In this document: in pieces, positions 35,054-43,835 of the stretch | How the letters are laid out: the number at the start of each line of letters is the position of its first letter | Position numbering within the stretch: position 1 is the stretch's first letter | Origin: an uncultured Candidatus Micrarchaeota archaeon | GTDB lineage: Archaea > Micrarchaeota > Micrarchaeia > Burarchaeales > Fermentimicrarchaeaceae | Direction: 5' to 3' | Assembly (NCBI GenBank): GCA_903884505.1 | Contig: CAISET010000027.1 | Span: 1,211 to 65,210 of the forward strand | DNA length: 64,000 nucleotides | The notes under the pieces: generated by a model | The model's input: the letters and a program-made list of their open reading frames with translations, nothing else | What the model was told of the DNA's origin: nothing | Databases searched by the model: none | Translations under genes and position numbers: made by a program

Positions 35054-35928
35054 TGGACGATTCACGGCTTCTCGCAGAAGCGCGCAAGGGATATGCCTAT
35101 GAGAAGAACCCGCTCGTCTCGGTCTGCATACCAACCTTCAACAGGGGTAAGCTTCTTGCCGAGCGCACAATCCCGTCGGTCCTGCGGCAGACTTATAGGA
35201 ACTTCGAGATAGTCATAGTCGGTGACGGCTGCACGGACGATACCGCGAAAAGGCTGCGCGCGCTCGGCGATTCCCGCATCCGGTTCCACAACTTCAAAAA
35301 GCGGAGCAGCTACCCTGCCGACCCGCTGGAGCGCTGGTGCGTTGCCGGAGTTCCCCCGTTGAATGCCGCGATCGACATGAGCCTGGGCCGCTGGATAGCG
35401 CCAATGGGCGATGACGACGAGTTCCTACCCAACCATATTGAAGCGCTCCTGCGCTTTGCGCAGAAGAATGACCTGGAGCTCGCCTATGGCGCGGCTGATG
35501 CGGAAGGGGAGCCGGAATCCTGGAAGCGCATCGGAGAATATCCCCCCAAGCAAGGCCAGATAACGGACTCTGCGGTGATGTACCGTTCGGAGCTGCGCTG
35601 CTTCAAATATGATGAGGAATGCTGGAGGACCAGGACGCCCTCGGACTGGGCGCTTTTCTCCAGGATGATCCGCGCCGGAGTCCGCGTTGGTTTCTTGGAC
35701 ATGGTCATCACAAGGCATCACTTCTCGAAGAGGCGGCCGCTCAAGCAGATGCGCCGGCACCTTGAGTTGCAGGAAATCGAACGCCTGCGCCGCGAGATTG
35801 AGGAGTACAAGGAGCGCGAAAAGCGTTACCGGCCGGCCAGGAGATTGTACGACGCGCTCACCAATCCGGTGGATGCCGCGCGAAAGATAAAGAAGCGCAT
35901 TATGAAGAGAGCCCCCAGAGGGATTTGA
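35053..35928 (+). CDS. Glycosyltransferase family 2
   Basis: PLVSVCIPTFNR, VGDGCTD, GDDD; C-terminal coiled coil. Confidence 0.92.
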   Translation: MDDSRLLAEARKGYAYEKNPLVSVCIPTFNRGKLLAERTIPSVLRQTYRNFEIVIVGDGCTDDTAKRLRALGDSRIRFHNFKKRSSYPADPLERWCVAGVPPLNAAIDMSLGRWIAPMGDDDEFLPNHIEALLRFAQKNDLELAYGAADAEGEPESWKRIGEYPPKQGQITDSAVMYRSELRCFKYDEECWRTRTPSDWALFSRMIRAGVRVGFLDMVITRHHFSKRRPLKQMRRHLELQEIERLRREIEEYKEREKRYRPARRLYDALTNPVDAARKIKKRIMKRAPRGI

Positions 35929-36082
35929 ACCCTCGACCTATCGCTTACGAGCCCTTTCGCGTCAATTTTCCGTTAACGCTTTTAGGATGTCGAGCGACGA
36001 GCGGAACGCGAGGAGCGTCCGCGCAAGCGGCGACACCGAAAAGGGTTACGAGGCGATCGCTCTACCACTGAGCTATAGGGGC
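35910..36082 (-). tRNA. tRNA-Thr(CGT) with a 101-nt intron at 37/38 (35946-36046)
   Basis: Exons read GCCCCTA TAGCTCAGTGGTAGAGC G ATCGC CTCGTA | A GCGAT AGGTC GAGGG TTCAAAT CCCTC TGGGGGC T, a complete cloverleaf. Confidence 0.9.
35966..36048 (+). repeat. Structured dispersed element, copy E1 (inside the tRNA-Thr intron, antisense to the tRNA)
   Basis: TTTTCCGTTAACGCTTTTAGGAT...CCGAAAAGGGTTA, same ends as E2-E4. Confidence 0.9.
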
Positions 36083-36143
36083 GATTGCGAAGGTAGGTTG
36101 TGCCGATAGATTATTTAAAGCGTAGCGGGGCCAAACCTAAACG

Positions 36144-37130
36144 ATGGTGTTCTCCATCCTTCACTGGCTCCCTTCAGCCATTGCGGCAGTCCTGGTGATA
36201 GCGCTTGCTTTTGCCAGGGGAAGGGAACGCAACCTCGCGCTCGGAAGCCTGATGGCGGTCTTCGCCATCATCGGCCTGGCTGGCTACCTGCAGGCGGGCG
36301 ATTACAATTTAACGCCGCTCGATTTCCACACTCTTCATGCCATGCTCGGGATTGCCACACTCCTGGTTTCCCTCGCAGTCTTCGCATACGCGATGCTCGT
36401 GAGAAGGAAGGATGGGGAGGCGCAGTTCCATTGCTGGCCCGGCTACCTTGCCGCGGCTCTCGCGGCAGTCACCCTACTGATGGGCCTGCTGCTCCTCCTC
36501 GGGCTCGCGCCGGGAGAAACCGGGCCCGTGAATTTGAGCGCGCAGGTGCCTGCCTCCGGCACGCTTCCAGAAATGGAAGCAACTGAATTCCAGGGGATTG
36601 CGCTCACGCCGCTGAGTGCGCAAGGCAATACCGAAATCGCGGGAACGCAACACATAAACAGGAGCAGTTACCGGCTCCAGGTCACGGGCCTCGTGGAGAG
36701 GCCGATGAACTTCACCTACGACGACCTTCTTCAGTTTCCCGCCTACTCGGAAGCCGCATACATGCCATGCGTGGAAGGATGGGGGTTCATGGCGAAATGG
36801 ACGGGCTTGAGGCTGGGCGACTTGCTCGACAGGGCGGGCGCGAAGCCGGAGGCGCGGTACATAATCTTTTACGCGGTCGATAACTATTCGACGAGCCTGC
36901 CAATCGATTACGTGAAGGCCAACAACATCCTTCTCGCTTACGGAATCAACGACGTGACGCTTCCCCCGGAGAGGGGATTCCCGTTCCAGGTCGTGGCCGA
37001 GAGCAAGTACGGCTATAAGTGGGCGAAGTGGGTTGACAGGATAGAAGTTTCCGCGGAGGATAAGCCGGGCTACTGGGAGTCAAATGGCTACAGCAACTCC
37101 GCGAATGTCGGGGAGCTGCCGTACGGGTGA
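36144..37130 (+). CDS. Molybdopterin-dependent oxidoreductase (sulfite oxidase family) with N-terminal TM helices
   Basis: YRLQVTGLV, MPCVEGW..AKWTG, YSTSLP, RGFPFQVV...YGYKWAKWV, GYWE..GY. Confidence 0.9.
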   Translation: MVFSILHWLPSAIAAVLVIALAFARGRERNLALGSLMAVFAIIGLAGYLQAGDYNLTPLDFHTLHAMLGIATLLVSLAVFAYAMLVRRKDGEAQFHCWPGYLAAALAAVTLLMGLLLLLGLAPGETGPVNLSAQVPASGTLPEMEATEFQGIALTPLSAQGNTEIAGTQHINRSSYRLQVTGLVERPMNFTYDDLLQFPAYSEAAYMPCVEGWGFMAKWTGLRLGDLLDRAGAKPEARYIIFYAVDNYSTSLPIDYVKANNILLAYGINDVTLPPERGFPFQVVAESKYGYKWAKWVDRIEVSAEDKPGYWESNGYSNSANVGELPYG

Positions 37131-37160
37131 GTAAGCCGCTTTTTGAAACTGAGTGCTGTG

Positions 37161-37649
37161 CTAGGGGTTCATGATAAGGACGGCGAGGTTGAGGGCTGCC
37201 GCAAAGCTCCCCCAGAGGAAATACGGCACGAGGAGGTAGGCCGCGGTCTTTGAGATGCGGTAGAATAGAATTATTGTTGCCAGGAGCGTAACCCAGAGGA
37301 GCGCAATTACCGCAAAGCCGTAAAGTGGGGAGTGCATGCCGAAGAACGCGATGGACCAGAGGACGTTTAGGAAGAGCTGTGCCGCGAAGAGGCTGAGCGC
37401 CCACCTTACTTCGTGCTTCTTCACTCCTTTAGTCCAGACCAGGTAGGCGGAGATGCCCATGAGCGCATAGAGCGCCACCCACGCGGGGCCGAAGACCCAG
37501 CCGGGAGGGGTGAAGAACGGCTTGTTCAGGGCAGCGTACCAAGTCGGGATTGAAGGTATCGTGAAAATTGAGCCTATGACTCCTGCAATCTCGCAGGCGA
37601 CTATCCCCGCGAGCATGCCCGGGATGTCGCGCGTTCCTATCCTCTCCAC
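37161..37649 (-). CDS. tspO: TspO/MBR family protein
   Basis: WYAALNKPFFTPPGWVFGPAW, QLFLNVLWS, LVPYFLW..FAAALN. Confidence 0.94.
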   Translation of the reverse strand: MERIGTRDIPGMLAGIVACEIAGVIGSIFTIPSIPTWYAALNKPFFTPPGWVFGPAWVALYALMGISAYLVWTKGVKKHEVRWALSLFAAQLFLNVLWSIAFFGMHSPLYGFAVIALLWVTLLATIILFYRISKTAAYLLVPYFLWGSFAAALNLAVLIMNP

Positions 37650-37653
37650 AGGC

Positions 37654-37929
37654 TCACTTCTTTCCAGTCACTTTTATCAGGTGATAGCCGAACTGCGTCT
37701 TCACCGGCGCGGAAACTTCGCCTGGCTTGAGCGAGAACGCCGCATCCTCGAATTCCTTCACCATCTGCCCCTTCGAGAAGAAGCCCAAATCGCCCCCGTC
37801 CTTCTTGCTCGGGCACGATGAATATTTCCTTGCGAGCTCGGCGAAATCCTTCCCTGCCTTCAGTTCATTCACCACGTGGTTCGCCTCTTCCAGGGAAGAA
37901 ACGAGTATGTGGCTTGCTCTTACCATCAT
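37654..37929 (-). CDS. ppiC: Parvulin-type peptidyl-prolyl isomerase
   Basis: [33 protein letters not shown]. Confidence 0.95.
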   Translation of the reverse strand: MMVRASHILVSSLEEANHVVNELKAGKDFAELARKYSSCPSKKDGGDLGFFSKGQMVKEFEDAAFSLKPGEVSAPVKTQFGYHLIKVTGKK

Positions 37930-38020
37930 TTTAACACCTCAGCCTATGGCGAACAGATGCAGATATGGCTGGCGCGTATTTTAATACCGAGCAGTTCAAA
38001 TTCGCATGAGGTTGATTTGA

Positions 38021-38380
38021 ATGAAACTTCCATTGTATGTATTCGTTCTTGTCTTGATTGCTGCATTGGTTTTCGCACAGGAGGAGCAGCCCACTGTCGG
38101 GACATTCGGCTGCAGCCCGGGGTTAGTTGAGGATCCACCGTGCGCCGCACAATGCTGCGGGAATAACGGTGGGCAATACTCTTTCGCCGAAAGAACGTGC
38201 ACTGTAAACTCGAGCATCCGATGGAATGCGACAATGTCCTGTGAAAGCGTCATGGGATGCTGCAAGGAATCGGCCGGCAACCCGACCTGCAGCACTGGCC
38301 CAGCCCTGATATTGGCGGGCCTGGCGACTTGCGCAATGCTGGCCGGTTATACCCGTAGGACGAAGCCCAGGCAGCCGTAG
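38021..38380 (+). CDS. Small secreted Cys-rich protein with a C-terminal anchor
   Basis: Signal peptide, CC pairs, CSTGP-TM-basic tail. Confidence 0.75.
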   Translation: MKLPLYVFVLVLIAALVFAQEEQPTVGTFGCSPGLVEDPPCAAQCCGNNGGQYSFAERTCTVNSSIRWNATMSCESVMGCCKESAGNPTCSTGPALILAGLATCAMLAGYTRRTKPRQP

Positions 38381-38393
38381 GGAAGCGGATTGC

Positions 38394-39629
38394 TTACTTC
38401 GCGAACTTCTTCGCGTTTACCTTCAGGATTTCAATACCTGGCAATTTTTCGCCGCTCATGAACGCAAGCACGGCACCGCCCGCGGTTGAGATGTGGTCCA
38501 CCGCAATTCCCAGGTCAAAGGCGACATTTCCCATGTGCCCTCCGCCGATGAGGGTGTAGGCCTTGGAGCGCTCCATGGCGAACAGTATTTTCACCGTTCC
38601 CTTCAGGAAGGTGGGATTCTCATACATGCCCATCGGCCCCTTTGAGAGGACCGCGCGCGACCTCATTATCTCCTCGGTGTAGACTGCGATGGTCTTCGAG
38701 CCTATGTCAACCGGCGGGTATTTCGCGAGCTTCTTGTCGCTCACCAATACCTCCTCGCGTCCCCCGTATGAGATTGCAATGTCTATCGGAAGCTCGATGC
38801 GGTCCTTGAACACCGCCTCTATCTTCTTTATCTTATCGAGCAGCTTGTCGAGCTCCTCGCCTTTCTCCGAGATTGCAGCGCACGCCTCCCTGGGCACGAG
38901 GCCGCGCACGTGCAGGAAAGCCTGCGCGACCGCGCCCCCCACGAGAATCTTGTCAACCGTGTTCTTCTGCAGCGTGGTCTCAACTACTTTCACGACCTCC
39001 TTCAGCTTGGAGCCGCCGATCACATAGACCGACGGCCTCCTCCCTTTCTCCACCGCGCGGTACATGGCATCCATCTCCTTCTCAATCACCATGCCTGCGC
39101 ATGCCGGAAGCACTACCGAGAAGCCGGTGACTGACGGCTGGGAGCGGTGCGAGACGGAGAAGGCGTCGTTTATGAAGATGTCGAACTTCGGCGCGAGAGC
39201 CTTCACGAGCGATGTCTCCGCGCCCTTCTCGGGCTCCATGTTCTCATTGTCCTCGTCCAGGAACCTCGTGTTCTCGAGCACCAGGACCTCGCCGGGCCTC
39301 AGGGCGTCTATGGCTGCCATTGCCTTCGCTCCCGTCAGGTCATCGCAGAAGATTACCTTCTGCGGCTCGAGCGCCTGCCCCAAGATTTCCGCATGCTTCC
39401 TCAGCGTGACGCAGTCGTCCTGCCCCTTCCTCCCCTGGTGGGAGATTGCCACGATTTTCGCAGCGCCTTTGAGCGCGGAGAACGTGGGCTTGTAGACCCG
39501 TATTCTCATGAACTCCAGCGGCTCCCCCTTCTCGCCGAGCGGGGAGTTGAAGTCGCATCGGATTAGGACTTTCTTTCCCGTGAAGTCGAAGTCCCTCATT
39601 GTCTTGAAGCCGCCAACATCGTTCGCCAT
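38394..39629 (-). CDS. pgk: Phosphoglycerate kinase
   Basis: RCDFNSP, SHQGR, LENTRF, NDAFSVSHR, GPMGMYE, HISTAGGA. Confidence 0.96.
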   Translation of the reverse strand: MANDVGGFKTMRDFDFTGKKVLIRCDFNSPLGEKGEPLEFMRIRVYKPTFSALKGAAKIVAISHQGRKGQDDCVTLRKHAEILGQALEPQKVIFCDDLTGAKAMAAIDALRPGEVLVLENTRFLDEDNENMEPEKGAETSLVKALAPKFDIFINDAFSVSHRSQPSVTGFSVVLPACAGMVIEKEMDAMYRAVEKGRRPSVYVIGGSKLKEVVKVVETTLQKNTVDKILVGGAVAQAFLHVRGLVPREACAAISEKGEELDKLLDKIKKIEAVFKDRIELPIDIAISYGGREEVLVSDKKLAKYPPVDIGSKTIAVYTEEIMRSRAVLSKGPMGMYENPTFLKGTVKILFAMERSKAYTLIGGGHMGNVAFDLGIAVDHISTAGGAVLAFMSGEKLPGIEILKVNAKKFAK

Positions 39630-39637
39630 CAAATCAC

Positions 39638-40723
39638 CTAGCAAAGGAAGGGGGTTTCCTTCCCCTTCTCGCCAACGAGGATTGCAGCGGGAACCTCGCC
39701 CGCGCCAATCATCAGCGCCTTGTCTGTCTTCGCCATGGAGGTCTTCACATCGCAGACGTTCATGACCGCGCGTATTGCGTCAACCGTCTCCGGGACCACA
39801 TCCGACTCGTTGTGGATTGCCATGATATAGATGAGCTCATCGCCCTTCACGGAGATGGAGTCCGCCCACACTAGTATCTTCATCAGGTCGTCCCTTCCGC
39901 CGCGGAGGGATGCCGTGTCCCTGCCATAATCCATGATGTGCGAGGTGCTCAGGAACCCGTCAACGCCCGAGATGAGCTTCACCCTCGGCGTGTTCTGGAA
40001 GACCTTTATCACCGCATCCTTTGTCGCTGGCTTCTTGAGCTTCGCCCTGATTATGTGCATGTGCATCAGCGTGGTTGAGCACTTGATTGCAACGGTTGTT
40101 ATCGGCACTTCGGGGATTACGGTCTGCACATCGGGCCCCTGGTGGGAAGGAATAGTCAGTTCCGGGACGAGCGAATTTATCGGCCCGGTCTTTATGTCGT
40201 TCGGGTCAGCGGCCCTCCTCGCGAGCACCACGAATGACTCCGCAATCCCGAACGCCTGGTGGATTGCCCAGAGAGTCCTCGAAAGGCCGGTCGTGTTGCA
40301 CGAAACTACGCGGACGAACTGCTTCCCCTTCGCCTTGTCGTAGTTGCACTGTGCGGTGAAGGATACCTCGGCGACGTCTTTCTTCTCGCCTCCCTGGAAT
40401 ATTGCCTTCTTGCCCAGTTTCTGGTAGAGCGGCTTGTAGGTCACGCCAACCTTCCCCGGCGTGCAGTCGAGAATCACGTCGCAGCTCTTGAACAGGTCCT
40501 CTGCGAGGCCTGCAGCCGGCACGCTGAACTTCTTGAAATTGTCCAATGACGCCTGGTCAGGCACGTAGACTTTGTACCCCTTCATCACCGCGACCTTCGC
40601 GGAATAGTCCGGGTGCTGCTTCACAACGCCGAGCAGCTCCATGTCGTCCTGCTTGGAGACCGCGTCAGCCACCCTTTTCCCAATCACACCGTAGCCGTTG
40701 ACTGCAACCTTCACCTTAGCCAT
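39638..40723 (-). CDS. gap: Glyceraldehyde-3-phosphate dehydrogenase, archaeal type II
   Basis: NGYGVIGKRVADA, FQGGEK, VVSCNTTGL, RRAADP, SHQGPDV, HNESDVVPE. Confidence 0.96.
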   Translation of the reverse strand: MAKVKVAVNGYGVIGKRVADAVSKQDDMELLGVVKQHPDYSAKVAVMKGYKVYVPDQASLDNFKKFSVPAAGLAEDLFKSCDVILDCTPGKVGVTYKPLYQKLGKKAIFQGGEKKDVAEVSFTAQCNYDKAKGKQFVRVVSCNTTGLSRTLWAIHQAFGIAESFVVLARRAADPNDIKTGPINSLVPELTIPSHQGPDVQTVIPEVPITTVAIKCSTTLMHMHIIRAKLKKPATKDAVIKVFQNTPRVKLISGVDGFLSTSHIMDYGRDTASLRGGRDDLMKILVWADSISVKGDELIYIMAIHNESDVVPETVDAIRAVMNVCDVKTSMAKTDKALMIGAGEVPAAILVGEKGKETPFLC

Positions 40724-40826
40724 TCTCGACCACCTCAGCGGATTAACAGAAACAGACCTCTATGTTGTAGGAAGGTATAATTTAAAAGTATTTGCCGCCC
40801 GCCAAGGCGAAGAGATTATCGCCGGC

Positions 40827-41219
40827 TCATAAGTATGCGCGAGCCATGGCGACGAACCGCTCGGTTTCGAAGACGTAGGCCTCGGCCTCGCGGTAGCTGA
40901 ACCTCTTCCGCCCATAATCCGCGCCGCTCTTGTCCGTCATGGCCCTTGCGAGCAGGCGCTTAAATGCGGCTTCCTTGGCCTGAATTTTGTTCTCGCGCAG
41001 AAGGTCTGCAAAAAGCGCTGGCGCATCTTCATGCCGCGTGGACTTGCGGCCGAGAAGCCTCATCGTGAGGGCGTCGTTCGCCCGTATCAGGGCATGGATG
41101 GCCTGCGCGCAGCATACGGCCGCCCGCGACTCCTCCGACTGCGCTTCCGCAAGGCTGTGCTTCGCCGAAGCCAGCCATCCCTCGGCTTCTTTCAGTGCGC
41201 GGAGTGGCTCGTCATTCAT
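40827..41219 (-). CDS. HEPN-domain protein
   Basis: Helical; QAIHA..ANDAL...STRHED...ADYG...EAEAY pattern; coupled to the MNT gene. Confidence 0.82.
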   Translation of the reverse strand: MNDEPLRALKEAEGWLASAKHSLAEAQSEESRAAVCCAQAIHALIRANDALTMRLLGRKSTRHEDAPALFADLLRENKIQAKEAAFKRLLARAMTDKSGADYGRKRFSYREAEAYVFETERFVAMARAYL

Positions 41220-41749
41220 TTCAATCTCACCGCCCCTTTCCCCTTCAGGAAGTCCTTGAGCTCCCTTTCGCTGCCGAATTTCAGGGGCACCAGCTTCGTG
41301 CCGTATGCCTCGTAAACCCTGAAGACGAGCCCCTCGGCGTCGAACCCTTTGCCGGCAAGGACTGCGAGGTCGATGTCGCTCGACAGCTTCTCCTCGCCGC
41401 GCGCGACGCTCCCGAAGAGGTAGGCTTCCCTCACCCCATTCATGCGCCCCAGCATCCCTTTCAGCCTCGCCGCCGTGAATGCCTGCGGCGACGAGCTGGC
41501 GCCAAGGATTCCGGCAAGCGAGCGCGCGTATGGCGAGTCATGGTACCTGACGACGACGCTGCGGCCGAGCTTCCCTGTTTCCACGACGCCTGCGCACTCC
41601 CAGAGCCGGACGATGCGCCATGCCGAGGCGAACGGGACGCCTGCCGTCCTCGCAAGCTCGCTTATGCTGAAGTCGCGCTTCGGGAACCTCTGCAGCGCCG
41701 AGAAAAGCTCGCGCGAGCCGCGGCGTGCCAGAAGCTCAATCGTTTCCAT
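41216..41749 (-). CDS. wHTH plus minimal nucleotidyltransferase (MNT) protein
   Basis: SISELARTAGV HTH; LFGSVARGE...SDIDLAV. Confidence 0.9.
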   Translation of the reverse strand: METIELLARRGSRELFSALQRFPKRDFSISELARTAGVPFASAWRIVRLWECAGVVETGKLGRSVVVRYHDSPYARSLAGILGASSSPQAFTAARLKGMLGRMNGVREAYLFGSVARGEEKLSSDIDLAVLAGKGFDAEGLVFRVYEAYGTKLVPLKFGSERELKDFLKGKGAVRLK

Positions 41750-41859
41750 TATAAAACCTATCCATCTCTGGATAATGTTATCCATTTTTGGATAATAGGT
41801 TAATAAGCATTACGCCCGCCAAAGCAAAGAAATTATCGCCAGTAGAAAAAAGAAAGGCG

Positions 41860-41988
41860 TCACCCCGTATCTTCCATCTCGGAGCAGGGCTCACACGCCT
41901 CTTCCTCGTAGGTTACCTTCTCGCAAAATCCAAAGTCCAGAAGGGTCTTGCAGTACTCGATGCACCCGCAGGTTCCTATATGGCACAT
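41860..41988 (-). CDS. Putative 42-aa Cys-rich acidic microprotein
   Basis: MCHIGTCGCIEYCKTLLDFGFCEKVTYEEEACEPCSEMEDTG*; coupled via GAGTGAGATG; T-tract follows. Confidence 0.5.
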   Translation of the reverse strand: MCHIGTCGCIEYCKTLLDFGFCEKVTYEEEACEPCSEMEDTG

Positions 41989-41989
41989 C

Positions 41990-42067
41990 TCACTCATCCC
42001 CTGGCTCCGGCATTTCCATTTCCGGTTCCGGGCCCTCGGGCCCCATCGGCATCGGTCCTATTCCCAT
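41990..42067 (-). CDS. Putative 25-aa Pro/Glu/Met-rich microprotein
   Basis: MGIGPMPMGPEGPEPEMEMPEPGDE* preceded by GGAGTGG. Confidence 0.4.
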   Translation of the reverse strand: MGIGPMPMGPEGPEPEMEMPEPGDE

Positions 42068-42319
42068 TTTTCCACTCCGCCACCGAGGCGGCTGGCACCT
42101 GTTCTAGGGCCAGTGAAGGACCAGTCAGAAACAGACCATAAAGAACGATCGCAACATCGGCCCTGTCCAGGTTCCCCTACCTGTTAAGCGGGGACTTCCC
42201 GAACAGATACCAGCGTTGCGTCTCTGTCATGGCGCATTTATTTCGCATTTTGGGTATATAAATATGCGCCCACGCCGTAATCGCCCACGCTTTTTAACCA
42301 GAAGCTGCAGAAATTAGGC

Positions 42320-43828
42320 GTGAAAGCGAAGACGGTTGTCCAAACCCCTGCCCAGGCGACTCTTCATGAGGCAAAGCAGGAGAAGACAGTTGCGAAATCT
42401 TCTCCTCAGGAGGCGAAGCAGGAGAAGACAGTTGCGAAAAAATCCTCTCGGGAAACTCTTCAGCAGGCTCAGCAGGAGGTTCAGGCCGAGGTGAGGAAGA
42501 TTCCGAATGCCGGGAACTCCAAATACTCCGGAGAGCAGCTGAAGACGGTGTTAGGCAACCTGGAGAGGCTTGTGGATAATGCCAAAATCGCGGAAGGCGA
42601 TGGCAAGCCGACCCGCAACAAGCTCTGCATCGAGGCGGTCGGGGATTCCGGAGTCTGCGCAGGTACGCTTGTCAAGTATGTCTGGAACAAGAAGGGAACG
42701 CATCTTCCAGACAAATTCAAGAAGTGGGCGGCAAGGATACTCAACAACTACCGGAGGATAGGCAGGCGCATTGATGGTAGCTTCAAGTTTACCGATGCGC
42801 GGTTCGAGAACACTATTTCATACCTGGAGAAGCGCGTCGAGGGGCTGGAGAAGGGGGAAGGCGACAACAAGCCCTCTTTCCTAGATATCTGCAAGGAGGC
42901 CGGCGCGCTGCCGGAAGCCAACATGAACGGGATGACGCTCTGCAGGTATATCACGGTCAAGCGCCTGAAGGCACGCATTCCGAAGGAATTCCGGAAAAGG
43001 GCAGCTGCCGCGCACAAGGCGTATGAGGCGATTGAGAAGAGGTGCGCGATGCCCGACTCGCAGAAATACAGCGAGGAGCAGTTCAGGAAGGCCGTAGATT
43101 ATCTTGAAGGGAGGATTAGCCGGCTTGAAAAGAATATCAGCATGCCGCTGCCGTCGTTCACTAACCTCTGCAAAGGCGCGAAGAAGGTTTCGGGAATCAA
43201 GTGGAGGACAATTTCCGAGTATCTGAAGTCCGAGGAGAGCCAGGAATTCATCCCGGGAAGCCTGCAGCCCAGAGCCATTGTGCTTTATGCGCGCTACCTG
43301 GAGCTGGACAGGAAAAAGAAGGAGATGGCGCTAAACCACGTTGAGGGCCGGCTCACAAAAATAAGGGACGGGCACCTTCCGCTCGAATACATCGGGGTTA
43401 TGTGCGATGAGGCGGCTGCCCTCACCGGGATGGGCGGAGAGACCATACGCGAGCGTTACATACTCAACAACAGGTCCGGCAGGAGAGGCCTTCCGAACAC
43501 GAAACTGCAGCAGCAGGCAGCGAGGATAGATGCGCTTTATGATGAGCTGAAGGATGAGAAGGAGGTCAAGAGTGCTGTTGAAAAGGCCAAGAAGACGATG
43601 GAACGGGGCGAGGGGAGCGCTGACACGATAAGGATAGGAAAGCGCGAAGTGAATGTTTCCGTCATCTTCAGCAAGGTCTGGGTGGACTTCCAGCTTTCGA
43701 GGTTGGAGCAGGTAGAGCTGGTATATACCGTGGAGAACGACCCAAGATATGCGGCGGCGAAGGAAAGGCTGGGCACCGAAGCCTGGTGGGAGCAGCTCAA
43801 GAAAAAGGCGCGGATGGGGGCAGAGTGA
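42320..43828 (+). CDS. Hypothetical protein with four ~90-aa internal helical repeats
   Basis: 502-aa basic ORF; TTTTTAA about 28 bp upstream; visible internal repetition. Confidence 0.8.
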   Translation: MKAKTVVQTPAQATLHEAKQEKTVAKSSPQEAKQEKTVAKKSSRETLQQAQQEVQAEVRKIPNAGNSKYSGEQLKTVLGNLERLVDNAKIAEGDGKPTRNKLCIEAVGDSGVCAGTLVKYVWNKKGTHLPDKFKKWAARILNNYRRIGRRIDGSFKFTDARFENTISYLEKRVEGLEKGEGDNKPSFLDICKEAGALPEANMNGMTLCRYITVKRLKARIPKEFRKRAAAAHKAYEAIEKRCAMPDSQKYSEEQFRKAVDYLEGRISRLEKNISMPLPSFTNLCKGAKKVSGIKWRTISEYLKSEESQEFIPGSLQPRAIVLYARYLELDRKKKEMALNHVEGRLTKIRDGHLPLEYIGVMCDEAAALTGMGGETIRERYILNNRSGRRGLPNTKLQQQAARIDALYDELKDEKEVKSAVEKAKKTMERGEGSADTIRIGKREVNVSVIFSKVWVDFQLSRLEQVELVYTVENDPRYAAAKERLGTEAWWEQLKKKARMGAE

Positions 43829-43835
43829 AAAGGAG

